Shown here: piece after piece, positions 9,053 through 18,603 of the stretch
How the letters are laid out: each line of letters starts with the position of its first letter
Numbering within the stretch: the first letter of the stretch is position 1
Source: a virus
Length of the DNA: 64,000 nucleotides
IMG/VR virus record: IMGVR_UViG_3300031746_000003
Location: 1 to 64,000 of that record
Strand: one strand, 5' to 3'
Program-made: the position numbers and the translations under genes
The notes under the pieces: generated by a model
The model's input: only the letters and a program-made list of their open reading frames with translations
Told to the model about the DNA's origin: nothing
Databases searched by the model: none

Positions 9053-9066
9053 CTCCTGTGGGTTAG

Positions 9067-10290
9067 TTAGCCGTAGTTCTTGGTGAAACCAGCGGCCGGT
9101 GGTGCATACACCGGAGGTGCAGCACCAGCAGCCCCGTACTGTGGCTGAGCCACGTTAACTGACGGTCCTGTGGGTGTAGGCGGACCAAAGAGAGCCACCT
9201 GCTCATCGTAAGGAGTTGGAGCGTAGCGGGCAGCCAGATCTAGAGGCTTTGCTATTTCCACGAACCTTGGGTCGATAGGCTTAGGGTCACTGGTAGCCAG
9301 CACTACTAGCTGAGTGCCCTTGCTATCACCACCGCCACGGCGCTGTACCTGCATGTCAACGTCGAACAAGGAAGCCCTGACAGGCTGTACCCCAGTTGGC
9401 GTGCAGTTAGCGCAGTAGACGGCCTCAATAGGTAGAGCTGACGTCTGACACTTACGGCAGTGGTACTGCCCAGCTATCATCTCCTTCACCTGTTGAGCAT
9501 TCATGGTGGTGTTGCGTAGATCTACGATCACCTCACCACACCCTGGGTTGGCACAGTGCCAAGACACCGTGCTTATGCTGCCCCGTCCACCACAGCTGAG
9601 ACACCCATTGGCGATGTACTCGGCGTACCCGTTGATGGTTTCGAAGTGCTGCTTACCCATCGGCCAAGGCATCATGTGCCCCTGCTTGCTCTCTACGCCG
9701 GTGCTGCAACCAGGACACCCAATGCCTATGCACTTGACCCAGTTCCAGATGGGCAACCCACTGTTCCGGTTGATCAAGGGCTGTCCATCAGGCTGCAGTA
9801 CGTTCGTCTTGTGGAACACACCCATGTCCAACCAGTTGAAGGCGAACATCTCACGGCGAGATACTCGGTTGGGCCCCTTGACTCCCTTACCTAGGCGCTT
9901 CCTCTGCTCGTAGTCCTCCCAGAAGATGTCGCAACCACGGCAAGGATTCCGCTTGTTGCGCATTCGCCAGAACGGACCAGCAGAGCAAATCGTTCCACGC
10001 TGCAGTGTGCCATGGAAATGCTCGTCGTATGTGACGTACGAAGTTATGATATCGTACGTGTTCCCGTCGTCTCCCAGGTTGGTAGAGACGTAGCTACCGG
10101 GGATGATACGCCCCGTGTCTACGTTGACGTCACTGGGCTTGAACTGATCGCGGTAACTGAAGAACTTACCGCCACCACCTCCACCAGCCTGCTTCTTGGG
10201 CCTACGCAGAGATGCAGCTGCCTGCTGCTGGAAGGAGGCACCACCTTGAACTACACCAGCCAGATTGTTTGGGTCTTTACCGAATGACAT
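9067..10290 (-). CDS. putative single-stranded DNA-binding protein with multiple Zn ribbons
   Basis: EHFH...C...CRGC gp32-like arrangement plus several more Cys pairs; between primase and polymerase; followed by a terminator. Confidence 0.5.
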   Translation of the reverse strand: MSFGKDPNNLAGVVQGGASFQQQAAASLRRPKKQAGGGGGGKFFSYRDQFKPSDVNVDTGRIIPGSYVSTNLGDDGNTYDIITSYVTYDEHFHGTLQRGTICSAGPFWRMRNKRNPCRGCDIFWEDYEQRKRLGKGVKGPNRVSRREMFAFNWLDMGVFHKTNVLQPDGQPLINRNSGLPIWNWVKCIGIGCPGCSTGVESKQGHMMPWPMGKQHFETINGYAEYIANGCLSCGGRGSISTVSWHCANPGCGEVIVDLRNTTMNAQQVKEMIAGQYHCRKCQTSALPIEAVYCANCTPTGVQPVRASLFDVDMQVQRRGGGDSKGTQLVVLATSDPKPIDPRFVEIAKPLDLAARYAPTPYDEQVALFGPPTPTGPSVNVAQPQYGAAGAAPPVYAPPAAGFTKNYG

Positions 10291-10314
10291 GGATTACTAC
10301 CTTTTGGTTAACGC

Positions 10315-11302
10315 TCAAGCCAGCCTGTGCCATTCGTTATAGTTGATGGCATTGCTCTTGGCTTCGAGCACTTCTTCACTAGTTAAGTTATCTGGTTGCG
10401 CGGTCTCATCGTCTAAAAGCCTTGGCGGGTAGCACATGACTTTTACAGGTAAGCTACGAACTAGTTTGCTGGCTATGTTGTCTACCCCCATGAGCCCAGC
10501 GTCATTATTGTCCAGGAAGATATACACCGTAGCGCCCATGCGCTCAAGCATCCATTGCTGCTCCTGTGACATATACGTACCTAGCAGGGCTACCGTGTCG
10601 GTTATACCCGATTGGTGAACCCACATGCAGGCATTGAAGCCCTCAACCAGCACGATCTCACCACCCAGTGGATTGAAGAACAGCCCTGGGTAAACCGTGT
10701 GAGCGTTCCACAGAATGGTTCTTTTGTTCCAGTTGTACCTAGGGGCTAGGTCCCATGTCTTGTACTCAGCGTCGTATATCTTGTACCTAGGGTGCTCCCC
10801 GGTAACTGTCCTACCGCTGATACCTACCAGCTGGCCAGATAGGTCTCTGAGAGGATAGGTTATCCGCAGGTTGTCCCTATCAAACCCTATCTCAAACCTG
10901 GCTAACGTTTCTTCTGAGAACCCCTGGTCTACTAGCTTTAGTGGGCAGTAGTCGAACAGTCCTAGCAGTCCAGCAGGTAAGGGATCTAGATGCACCACCC
11001 CTGGGTTAAGGGGGTCTACTGGTGGAGCTATGTTCTTAGAGAGCTCCTCTAGGAGTGGAGCGTACTCGTTCTGTACTCTGGCGGAGTCGTAGCCAAAGAG
11101 CTTTAAGAACTTCTGTAGGGTACCTTTCTCTCCACAGGAATGGCAGAAGAACAACCCATTGGTGAGGGACATCGCGAATGACGGTGTCTTCTCTTCTGAG
11201 CCGTCTGCCTTCCTGTGGAAGGGGCAGGCGGCCATGATGTTGTTAGACCCGCTCTTCTTGATCTTGTGTAGGTGCTTCCGTGCGACAAGCAGTACTTCGT
11301 CT
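10315..11302 (-). CDS. DnaG-like primase (CHC2 Zn finger + TOPRIM)
   Basis: CPFH...CHSC, GISGR, PRYK, VEG, LDNNDAG; ATG near 11313-11316 overlaps the helicase stop, so the true 5' end is about 11316. Confidence 0.85.
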
Positions 11303-11312
11303 GTGGTGTCCA

Positions 11313-12695
11313 TCACAACCGTGAGGTTACTCTTCTAGTAGCTTGCACCAAAGCGTTGCTTTCTGTTGGCTTCTTTGCGCCGCGCTTTTTACCAGTGGTA
11401 GTCTTGCTGGTCTCTTTAACTTCCTCATCACCATCGGAATCCTGCTCTTTGGCTTTCTCTATCTCCTTGTCCGTAAGCATGGAGTGGAAAGTAAAGTCAG
11501 TAGCTGGCACGCCGTTCATACGGAAGCCACTTAGGTTGAACTCTCTAGACCCACCAATGACCAGGGAGATGGTAGAGGAGTTCTTATCGTTGATAACCCT
11601 GGCAGCAATCGTAGCGTCCTGCCCGATAGCATCAGAGAAGGCGATCTCGTCTAACTCAGCACGTTCATGTCCGGCAGCCTTCCTGTTAGCCTGGATAGTG
11701 GCTATTACTGGCTTCTTAATCTCCAGGACCATCTGGCGGATACCACGAGAGATGTTCATCACCCTCTCATGGTCTTTCTTGGCGTTCTTGACGTCGCTCA
11801 TCAGGTACATACCATCTACGAAGATGATATCTGGCTTGTAGTGTTCCACCTTAGACTTGAGCCACGGTACCGTATCTCCACCCTCTGGAGCGTCTTGCCC
11901 CGATAGGCAGACTACATTCTCTGACTCTATCATCTGCCCGAAGACAGCCAGATCGTTCTCTTGCTCACCACTCAGCAAGCCCATCCTAAACTCGTGGTAG
12001 GGGAGGGAGAGCATACACGCTATGGATCTCTGGAAGATGTTGTCCGCCGTCATCTCCTTGGTGTACAGCAACATGCTCTTGTTGTTGTGGTACGCCCAAG
12101 CAATGATGGAGGCCAGCACCCAGGTCTTCATAGACTTGGGACGCCCGTACAAGATGACGTAGTCTTCGTGGTCTAGCCCCCCAGTAACAGACTGTAGCGG
12201 TTCCCAAGGCCATGACATAGCGGACATGTCGACACCAGACTTACGCAGATTGTAGTTCTGCATAATGTTGATGTAGGAAGACTGTATTCGTACGTCGTTA
12301 CCCTTGCTGGCCCCTAACCTCAGTATGTGGTTAGAGACATTCTGCATCTCTGCAGCTGCCTTCATCGGGTCAATGGCCGCTAGACTCTCTATCCGCTGGT
12401 TAGCCAGGGTAAGGTCTATACGTAGGCGGTTCTTTCTGACTTCTGCGCACAGCGCATCTGTAGTCATGCTGTGGTCATCGCATGGCTGAAAGTTGGGGTA
12501 ACTAAGGCGCGCTGAGTGCTCACCTATCACTGACCCCAAGCTATCCGGCATCGAGTAGTACCCCAGGATGCCGTTAAACATCGCTCGACCTTCGTTAGTT
12601 ACGAAGTCATCTGACGTAACTCCCCACTCTAGTATCCGTGGCAATTCTCCAGTACGGATAACCCTGGAAATCAGCTGCATTTCTCTAGTAGACAT
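11313..12695 (-). CDS. dnaB: DnaB-family replicative helicase
   Basis: Walker A variant GRPKSMKT, KEM, FVDGMYLM, QANR, SDAIGQDA; AGGAG before the ATG at 12695. Confidence 0.85.
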   Translation of the reverse strand: MSTREMQLISRVIRTGELPRILEWGVTSDDFVTNEGRAMFNGILGYYSMPDSLGSVIGEHSARLSYPNFQPCDDHSMTTDALCAEVRKNRLRIDLTLANQRIESLAAIDPMKAAAEMQNVSNHILRLGASKGNDVRIQSSYINIMQNYNLRKSGVDMSAMSWPWEPLQSVTGGLDHEDYVILYGRPKSMKTWVLASIIAWAYHNNKSMLLYTKEMTADNIFQRSIACMLSLPYHEFRMGLLSGEQENDLAVFGQMIESENVVCLSGQDAPEGGDTVPWLKSKVEHYKPDIIFVDGMYLMSDVKNAKKDHERVMNISRGIRQMVLEIKKPVIATIQANRKAAGHERAELDEIAFSDAIGQDATIAARVINDKNSSTISLVIGGSREFNLSGFRMNGVPATDFTFHSMLTDKEIEKAKEQDSDGDEEVKETSKTTTGKKRGAKKPTESNALVQATRRVTSRL

Positions 12696-12725
12696 ATAGC
12701 TCCTAGGCACGAAGTAGCGCTGCAG

Positions 12726-12755
12726 CACTTATGCCGCACAACCCGGTAAGCTTGC
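12726..12755 (-). promoter_or_regulatory. phage-specific bipartite promoter, copy 1
   Basis: GCAA GCTTACCGGGTTGTG CGGC ATAA GTG upstream of dnaB. Confidence 0.65.
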
Positions 12756-12820
12756 AAAAGGGGGGACGCACCCTGCCCTACCGCTTGCAAAGCTGTCAAC
12801 AAAATATCGATGTGCACAAT

Positions 12821-12854
12821 AGCTTGGGGAGCCAGCTGCCTAACTCCCCAAGCT
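12821..12854. repeat. perfect 11-bp inverted repeat (terminator or processing hairpin)
   Basis: AGCTTGGGGAG-N12-CTCCCCAAGCT just after the stop of 12861..13178. Confidence 0.6.
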
Positions 12855-12860
12855 GTAGGG

Positions 12861-13178
12861 CTACACGGATGGAGCTTCACCTAGGTGCTCTGCTAGACCG
12901 CTGGTGTCTAGGTCGAGGCCCGTCTTGTTGGTTCCTGTGGCCCCGTCACCTAGGTGCATCTTTGCTAGGTCTCTCTCCATGGAGTCCTTCAGCACCTGAA
13001 GGTACTGCATGGTCTCCTGCGACCAGACCTGCGCCTCTCCTTTAGTCCAGCCGTGGGTATAGCCCGTCTTGGAGCTCACGAAACCAGCTACAGCTTTCAG
13101 TTGAAGCGTAGTGCCCATGAAGTCCACTTCTAGGCTACCGATGGCTAGGCCATCAAACTTAGGAGTTCCCAGTATCAT
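12861..13178 (-). CDS. hypothetical protein
   Basis: Coupled ORF (ATGA overlap) in the operon. Confidence 0.6.
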   Translation of the reverse strand: MILGTPKFDGLAIGSLEVDFMGTTLQLKAVAGFVSSKTGYTHGWTKGEAQVWSQETMQYLQVLKDSMERDLAKMHLGDGATGTNKTGLDLDTSGLAEHLGEAPSV

Positions 13179-13465
13179 ATGTCGCCCGCATCGGGTGCTA
13201 GCAGCTTCATACCCGCGTTAGTGAGTTCTCTAGCTTTGTTAAAAGCCATTACGCCAGCTTGGTGAACTGTGTCGCTGCTCTGCGCGCACTGCAGCGTGAC
13301 TGTCGTAGAGCACTTCAGTTCACCGTAGGCCAGTGACCTACCAACCACAGAGCTCACGGTAGCTAGCACCGGGCAGTCAGCTGCTATCAAGCTGAGTGGG
13401 TCGTCTGCGTACCACTCATCATGCTGTACCGATTTAGCGTCCTCTATAGTCCTAGTTGTCTTCAT
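13175..13465 (-). CDS. hypothetical protein
   Basis: Coupled ORF (ATGA overlap) in the operon. Confidence 0.6.
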   Translation of the reverse strand: MKTTRTIEDAKSVQHDEWYADDPLSLIAADCPVLATVSSVVGRSLAYGELKCSTTVTLQCAQSSDTVHQAGVMAFNKARELTNAGMKLLAPDAGDI

Positions 13466-13887
13466 GGTATCTCGATCTTCGAGGGTCTGTGAAACTTGTT
13501 GGTAGTCTTAGTGAAGTGCTCAAGAGACTCTGCTGGTATGTCCTTCTTAGCAATAGCCGCCCGCACCCTGGTCTTATCCAAGTTGTAAACTCGTTGTGTG
13601 CTAACAGTGCCCCCGACTGATAGGAATTTGTCATTACCTAGCAGGTCATATAGAGCTTGTGCGTCGTACGCGACGGTCGTCTGGAACAGTTCGAATGACC
13701 CGCAAGACACCCCCAGTGCTTTGGTGGCCTTCTCAGCAGCTTCTAGTAGGTCGTTGTACTCGTTGGCTAGCGCGCTAAATTCCTCGAACACGCTGCTGTG
13801 CTTCTGCTGAAAGTCTCTCAGGCGAGTGGCAGCCTCCTCAAAGTGAGCCACCTCCTTCAGGTCTTCCACGTTTACTTTCTTAGCCAT
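13462..13887 (-). CDS. hypothetical coiled-coil protein, possibly Gam/gp157-like
   Basis: N-terminal helix then YNLDKTRVRAAI; GGAG RBS. Confidence 0.5.
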   Translation of the reverse strand: MAKKVNVEDLKEVAHFEEAATRLRDFQQKHSSVFEEFSALANEYNDLLEAAEKATKALGVSCGSFELFQTTVAYDAQALYDLLGNDKFLSVGGTVSTQRVYNLDKTRVRAAIAKKDIPAESLEHFTKTTNKFHRPSKIEIP

Positions 13888-14713
13888 TGGGGTCTCCTAG
13901 AACATCAGACTTGTTGACGTCACGCTCACTGGGGATGATCCCCAGGGCTTCTTGCATGTACTTGTCGTACACGTTGGCTGCTAATCGCAGGTCTTCTAGA
14001 AATAGGTCTAGTGGGTTGTCGGGTCTTTTATCGGCCCACATTCTGAGTGCGTAAGCTGGGTGCAGTGTTGGCAGCACCAGGTACCCAACAGTGTTCTGCT
14101 CTGACGGCAGGGTAAGTACACCTTTTACTTTCCTAGCCCACACCTGCTTCTTGTCAGTACGTGAGGGCAGGTACCAAGATCCAGGGATGTCTAGCTGTCG
14201 TGTCTTACCCCGCTCTGACGTTATCGATATGCTCTTGCCCATGACCGCGCTAGTAGCCTCTGCTCCTAGGGTCACTATGAGGATGGGGTCTACCAGATAG
14301 ATCTCCTCCAGTAACCTAGGCCTACAGGCTGCTATCTGAGGTGGTGATGGTGTCCTGTCACGTATCATGGGGAGAGCTACACCCCTGCGATCTTTTCGGT
14401 ACATTGGCGCACCAGCGCCATCAACTGCGTGCTCACAAGATCTACAAGCAACAGTGTACGTGAAGTAAGTAGTGGGTAGACCTAGCTTACCTATAGTGTT
14501 TCTGAGAAGTGCTCCAGCCTTGTCACTGAATGGTCCCTCAGCTGCGTCATCTTCTTCTACTGGTCCATCCCCGATGAACATGATGCCGCGTCGGTCACCC
14601 TGCCCAAAGATGAGTGGCCCCTCCACGTCTTGCCTACGAACCCCCAAGTCGCAGGCTGTGCAGCTCTCCCACTCACCACGTAGCTCCCCTAGAGACTTGC
14701 GTATGTCAACCAT
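13880..14713 (-). CDS. family 4 uracil-DNA glycosylase-like protein
   Basis: CTACDL Fe-S ligands, GDGP, GPF, ACRP, TLG, LHPAY. Confidence 0.8.
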   Translation of the reverse strand: MVDIRKSLGELRGEWESCTACDLGVRRQDVEGPLIFGQGDRRGIMFIGDGPVEEDDAAEGPFSDKAGALLRNTIGKLGLPTTYFTYTVACRSCEHAVDGAGAPMYRKDRRGVALPMIRDRTPSPPQIAACRPRLLEEIYLVDPILIVTLGAEATSAVMGKSISITSERGKTRQLDIPGSWYLPSRTDKKQVWARKVKGVLTLPSEQNTVGYLVLPTLHPAYALRMWADKRPDNPLDLFLEDLRLAANVYDKYMQEALGIIPSERDVNKSDVLGDPNG

Positions 14714-14734
14714 GTACTAGTGGCCTCCCACCAA

Positions 14735-16501
14735 CTACGGGAATATCTGAGTCGGTTGATTCTGAGCTTTCCATTTACTTATTCCTGGGTGTCCTAGGTT
14801 GTCATAATCAAGAGGACCACCTTCTTCTACAGGCCAATCCCGTAGTGCAGTCTTCAGTTTCTTACACATGCCTATCAGTGGTCCGATGTTGTCTTCGTAG
14901 AACACCACCACTGGTAACTTCTCAACTACCCCTACTCTTGTGGGCCTACCAAGAAGTTGCTGTAGACTATTCCTGCTAGAGAACGGTTCACATACGAGCA
15001 CGGTATCTAGCTCTGGCCAGTCCATTCCTTCTTTGCCGTACTTGGTGATGGCGAAGATGACCTCACGGTTCTTGAGAAACCAAGTTCGCTTGTCTACAGG
15101 TACAGCATGGATCATGAAGCCCCCAGTACTAGGCTTGTCTGTTAGCTCCCTGATGTACTTCTTTTGACGCCTAGCTAGTTCCCTAGCTATCTTATCCGCT
15201 ACTTCACACTGTTTTAGCGTCTGGTTAAGTGTATCAAGTCTGTCCCGCATCTCTTGCACCTTCATGGGGTGCATACCGACTATCTTTAGCTGGCTGTCTA
15301 ACCCAGCTACCTGTAGCCCAATCCTCTTCACCTTGGTAGGCGGGAGTACCACAGGGTTTAACGTCTCGCCAACGTCCTGTGGTGTAGGTATCGGTATATC
15401 AGAGTACAGCTGAACACAGTTGGGGTCAGCCCACAGCGCCGCCAGATTTACTGTCTCATCCACAGAGTCGGAGAGCACCAACACTTTCCTGCCGGACGCT
15501 CGGGCAGCTATGACGTCAGCCAGGATTATGTCTAGTCGCTGTCTCCATTGACCGAAGTAGCCAGCCAACATTGCCCTGTGCTCTTTACCATTCTTGTCCC
15601 TAACCCTGGCTCTTGGGTTCGTCTCGTCTACGGCTAGGCCAGTCCACTTGAAATAGATCTTGGGCTTCAGTGTCTGCGTTAGATCTTTGTAGAGCACCTT
15701 GCCTATGTGGAAGTCATGGATGATGTGTAGACCATCTGCTCTGATGGGGGTGGCTGTCAGCCCGTAACGACTACCGTAGAAGATGTCAGCACTCTTGGCG
15801 AAGGTAGGTGCTGAGATGTGGTGCGCCTCATCCCAGATGATGATACCGAACCATCTACGTACTTCTTCTGGTAGCGTGTCTGCTTGAATAGCTAGTGTCT
15901 GATATGTGGCTAGGACAAGAGGTTTTTTCCAATCGAATTGGTCCGCTTGTATCAGCCCCAAGTCTTCTCTAGCAATTCCTAGTAGCTCTACTGCCTGATC
16001 TGCCCATTGGCTAAGCAGCTGTGTGTTGTCCAGTACCACTAGCGCAGGTACCTGAGCCCTAGCGATTAGCTCCAGGGCAACTACAGTCTTACCCTTACCA
16101 CAGGCTAACTGCAGCACCCCACCAGGCTCACGCTGTAGGGCACTCAGCGATTTGGCCTGGACGTTGTCCCCCGTGGGGGTGAGCTGTCTCACCCCCTGGG
16201 TCTCCTTCCATAGATGGTCTAGCTTGATTTTGCTGTTGAAGGTTACTGCTGTGTAGCTAGTAGGCCTGCAATCGACAACGTCGAATGGTAGTTCTCCAAC
16301 ACCCCAGAAGGCTCTAGGTACCAGTAGATGGTGCTCCATCTCTTTCCACAGGTAGAGCATGCGGCTCTTAGTAGGAGAGTAGGCATCTACGAAGCTGAAC
16401 GTGAGGGCAGCTTTTGTGCCCTCCACGTTCACGTAGCTTTTCGGTACCCACAAGTAGTTGTCTATGTATCCCTTGGTGGGCTGCCGTTTTAGTAGCTTCA
16501 T
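14735..16501 (-). CDS. superfamily 2 DEAH helicase (UvsW/XPB-like)
   Basis: CGKGKT, DEAHH, GLTATP, EGMD, QLLGRPTR. Confidence 0.9.
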   Translation of the reverse strand: MKLLKRQPTKGYIDNYLWVPKSYVNVEGTKAALTFSFVDAYSPTKSRMLYLWKEMEHHLLVPRAFWGVGELPFDVVDCRPTSYTAVTFNSKIKLDHLWKETQGVRQLTPTGDNVQAKSLSALQREPGGVLQLACGKGKTVVALELIARAQVPALVVLDNTQLLSQWADQAVELLGIAREDLGLIQADQFDWKKPLVLATYQTLAIQADTLPEEVRRWFGIIIWDEAHHISAPTFAKSADIFYGSRYGLTATPIRADGLHIIHDFHIGKVLYKDLTQTLKPKIYFKWTGLAVDETNPRARVRDKNGKEHRAMLAGYFGQWRQRLDIILADVIAARASGRKVLVLSDSVDETVNLAALWADPNCVQLYSDIPIPTPQDVGETLNPVVLPPTKVKRIGLQVAGLDSQLKIVGMHPMKVQEMRDRLDTLNQTLKQCEVADKIARELARRQKKYIRELTDKPSTGGFMIHAVPVDKRTWFLKNREVIFAITKYGKEGMDWPELDTVLVCEPFSSRNSLQQLLGRPTRVGVVEKLPVVVFYEDNIGPLIGMCKKLKTALRDWPVEEGGPLDYDNLGHPGISKWKAQNQPTQIFP

Positions 16502-17127
16502 GTTACCGGTGTACGTGGTTTAGTGAATGTGACGTGGTCGAATGAGTTGGCCACGGTATGCCCAGCTGATTTCCCCATAGCTCTGATTATCTCAAAGCCA
16601 AGCCTCTTCCACCACGGTACATCTTCTAGCACCGGTTCTGGTACTGCTAGGTAAGAAAGCATCTGCATGCCGGGCTGCTGATGACTGACCGGCACAGTTG
16701 GTGGTCCATAGTAAGCTATATGCGGGGGAGCCGTGAGTGGCGCGTATTGCCATGGTTGGTATTGCGGCGGCTGCTGCTGCACATACTGCGGTTGGTACTG
16801 CTGTGGCTGCGGTGGTGCGAAAGGGCGGGGTGGTTGAAGCTGTACACCACCTGCCATAGCTGGAGTAACAGTTGGCCGAACAAGCGCTTGGCTAGGGATA
16901 AACTGTGGCTGGTATTGTTGAGGCGGCTGCTGTTGCTGCACCTGCTGTTGCGGTGGTTTATTCTTTTCTAGGTTGCTGGCACATGTCCTTGGGGCGCACT
17001 GTGCATACCAGCTACACTTCTCCCTCAGTCTACTATTGTCCTTGGGGTTCACGTAGGCCGGGTCATACCCTCCTTTGCACTCCAGAGCTGTGGGTGACCA
17101 TTGTAGACCGAAGCATTGTGGCGTCAT
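16498..17127 (-). CDS. hypothetical protein with N-terminal Cys cluster and Gln/Pro-rich linker
   Basis: CFG..C..C..C..C then QQPPQQYQP repeats; AAGGAG RBS; first gene after promoter copy 2. Confidence 0.65.
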   Translation of the reverse strand: MTPQCFGLQWSPTALECKGGYDPAYVNPKDNSRLREKCSWYAQCAPRTCASNLEKNKPPQQQVQQQQPPQQYQPQFIPSQALVRPTVTPAMAGGVQLQPPRPFAPPQPQQYQPQYVQQQPPQYQPWQYAPLTAPPHIAYYGPPTVPVSHQQPGMQMLSYLAVPEPVLEDVPWWKRLGFEIIRAMGKSAGHTVANSFDHVTFTKPRTPVT

Positions 17128-17161
17128 CTTTGCGATCTCCTTGGCTATTTGAGCCTCAATT

Positions 17162-17191
17162 CCCTTATCACCGTTTATTGTCTAATCTTGC
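17162..17191 (-). promoter_or_regulatory. phage-specific bipartite promoter, copy 2
   Basis: GCAA GATTAGACAATAAAC GGTG ATAA GGG heading the helicase/UDG operon. Confidence 0.7.
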
Positions 17192-17193
17192 AG

Positions 17194-17222
17194 TTGTAAA
17201 TTCGCGCTGTTACGTCTATTCT
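17194..17222 (+). promoter_or_regulatory. sigma70-like promoter for the head/portal operon
   Basis: TTGTAA-N17-TATTCT, 9 nt before the ATG at 17232. Confidence 0.55.
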
Positions 17223-17231
17223 CGGAGGCCC

Positions 17232-17696
17232 ATGGAGAAGCTCAGCGGACTGATATTGGACTTCTACGACGATAAGAACCGTGAGATAGCTCTCCCTCTG
17301 GAGCGCCTATCAGATCTTACAAAAGAAGCGCACGCTCTTACGGCTGAGGAGCACGCTAGGCTTCCTGACGATCTCTACGCGTTAGTCCTCATGGACGGAG
17401 ACGTCACACTTCGGAAGTTTGCCTGTGTAGACCCCGGTAATACGGCGGTCTCTATAGAGTACTTCTTGAAGACAGCACATAAGCTGCCGGTAGAAGCACA
17501 GAAGGTAGCTGCTAGGAACCTGATTACCGCCTGTGGCTGGTACGGCATAACTCCAGCAGCTGAGTTAGAGAAAATCGCCTTGCCCACTATTACTGGTGCT
17601 CTTAACCTCGCTCAAAATGTTCTTACAGCTAAGAACGTTGCGGGTGAAGTCCGCAGTGGTTTTCAGAAGGCTAAGAGCGGGGTTATCCAGTCATGA
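17232..17696 (+). CDS. head-associated protein with DUF6582-like domain and KxA motifs
   Basis: Start MEKLSG after GGAGG; LTAEEHARLPDDLYAL...KFACVD; ELEKIA. Confidence 0.65.
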   Translation: MEKLSGLILDFYDDKNREIALPLERLSDLTKEAHALTAEEHARLPDDLYALVLMDGDVTLRKFACVDPGNTAVSIEYFLKTAHKLPVEAQKVAARNLITACGWYGITPAAELEKIALPTITGALNLAQNVLTAKNVAGEVRSGFQKAKSGVIQS

Positions 17697-18601
17697 CTAC
17701 CAAACTTTCTGAGGCATCTGGTACAGACCTAATGCCTTTGAGTGGCCCAGCAGATAGATCTGTAGGTAAGGAGAAAGCAACTGTGCAGAAGTCCGCCTCT
17801 GGTACTGGTAATGAACTACCGCCTGGCGTGGCTAGCGCAGTAGCTGGGGAACAGCCACAGCGGTTACCGCAGGCTTCTAAGATGCATCCACACGTGGACG
17901 TATCTACACAAGAGCCGCCAAGGGTGATAGCTAAGCAGGCTCAGCGCTATGCTCTACCGTCACAGAACAAGTACCCCATAGACAACTATGAGCAAGTTAA
18001 GATGGCCAACTTCTACTTCGAAGAGTGGAGTAAGAGGATGGAGCCTGAGACTCGACGTGAGTACTGTGCCAACCTGGTGAAGAGAGCCTCTGAACTTGCC
18101 TTCGAAGTTACCAGTGATATTGCCAAGTACGGTTCTGCTTCTTACGCAGAGCCGTCTGAGTTTCAGACAGCTATAGACGGTCGCAGAAGTGTTCTGTCAG
18201 ACGACGCTGCTCGTGAGGTACTCAGCAAGTTAGCCGAGCTACGCCCGACTATGCCTGCAGAGGCTTTCGCTATTGCTCTGAGCGAGTTCGATAAGCTATC
18301 GGGGCTAGAGCAGTTCTATGATCAGTACATACCTGACCCGTACTACTCGACATACGGTGTTAAGACAGCTGCTGACGAGGACATGTCGGTTATCGTCGGT
18401 AACGACTACGTCAGCTCAAAGACACTCAAAGATTTTGCTAAGACTCGCTACCAGATGCTGAAGAAGACCTTCGGAGACGATCTGGCTGACGAGTTCCGTA
18501 AAGACCCAGTAGCTATTTTTAGTAGTCTTCCGTTAGACCAGAAGAAGATGGTTATGCGGATGGCTAATGAGAACGCTCCTAGGGATGAAGCGTCAGCTTA
18601 G
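17693..18601 (+). CDS. head-associated protein with DUF6582-like domain
   Basis: YALPSQNKYPIDNYEQVKMA; several KxA motifs. Confidence 0.65.
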   Translation: MTTKLSEASGTDLMPLSGPADRSVGKEKATVQKSASGTGNELPPGVASAVAGEQPQRLPQASKMHPHVDVSTQEPPRVIAKQAQRYALPSQNKYPIDNYEQVKMANFYFEEWSKRMEPETRREYCANLVKRASELAFEVTSDIAKYGSASYAEPSEFQTAIDGRRSVLSDDAAREVLSKLAELRPTMPAEAFAIALSEFDKLSGLEQFYDQYIPDPYYSTYGVKTAADEDMSVIVGNDYVSSKTLKDFAKTRYQMLKKTFGDDLADEFRKDPVAIFSSLPLDQKKMVMRMANENAPRDEASA

Positions 18602-18603
18602 CC

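Noticed and set aside
16905-17231. N-terminal extension of ORF 16905..17696
   Set aside because: Overlaps the minus-strand gene and the divergent promoters; the GGAGG-ATG at 17232 is the plausible start
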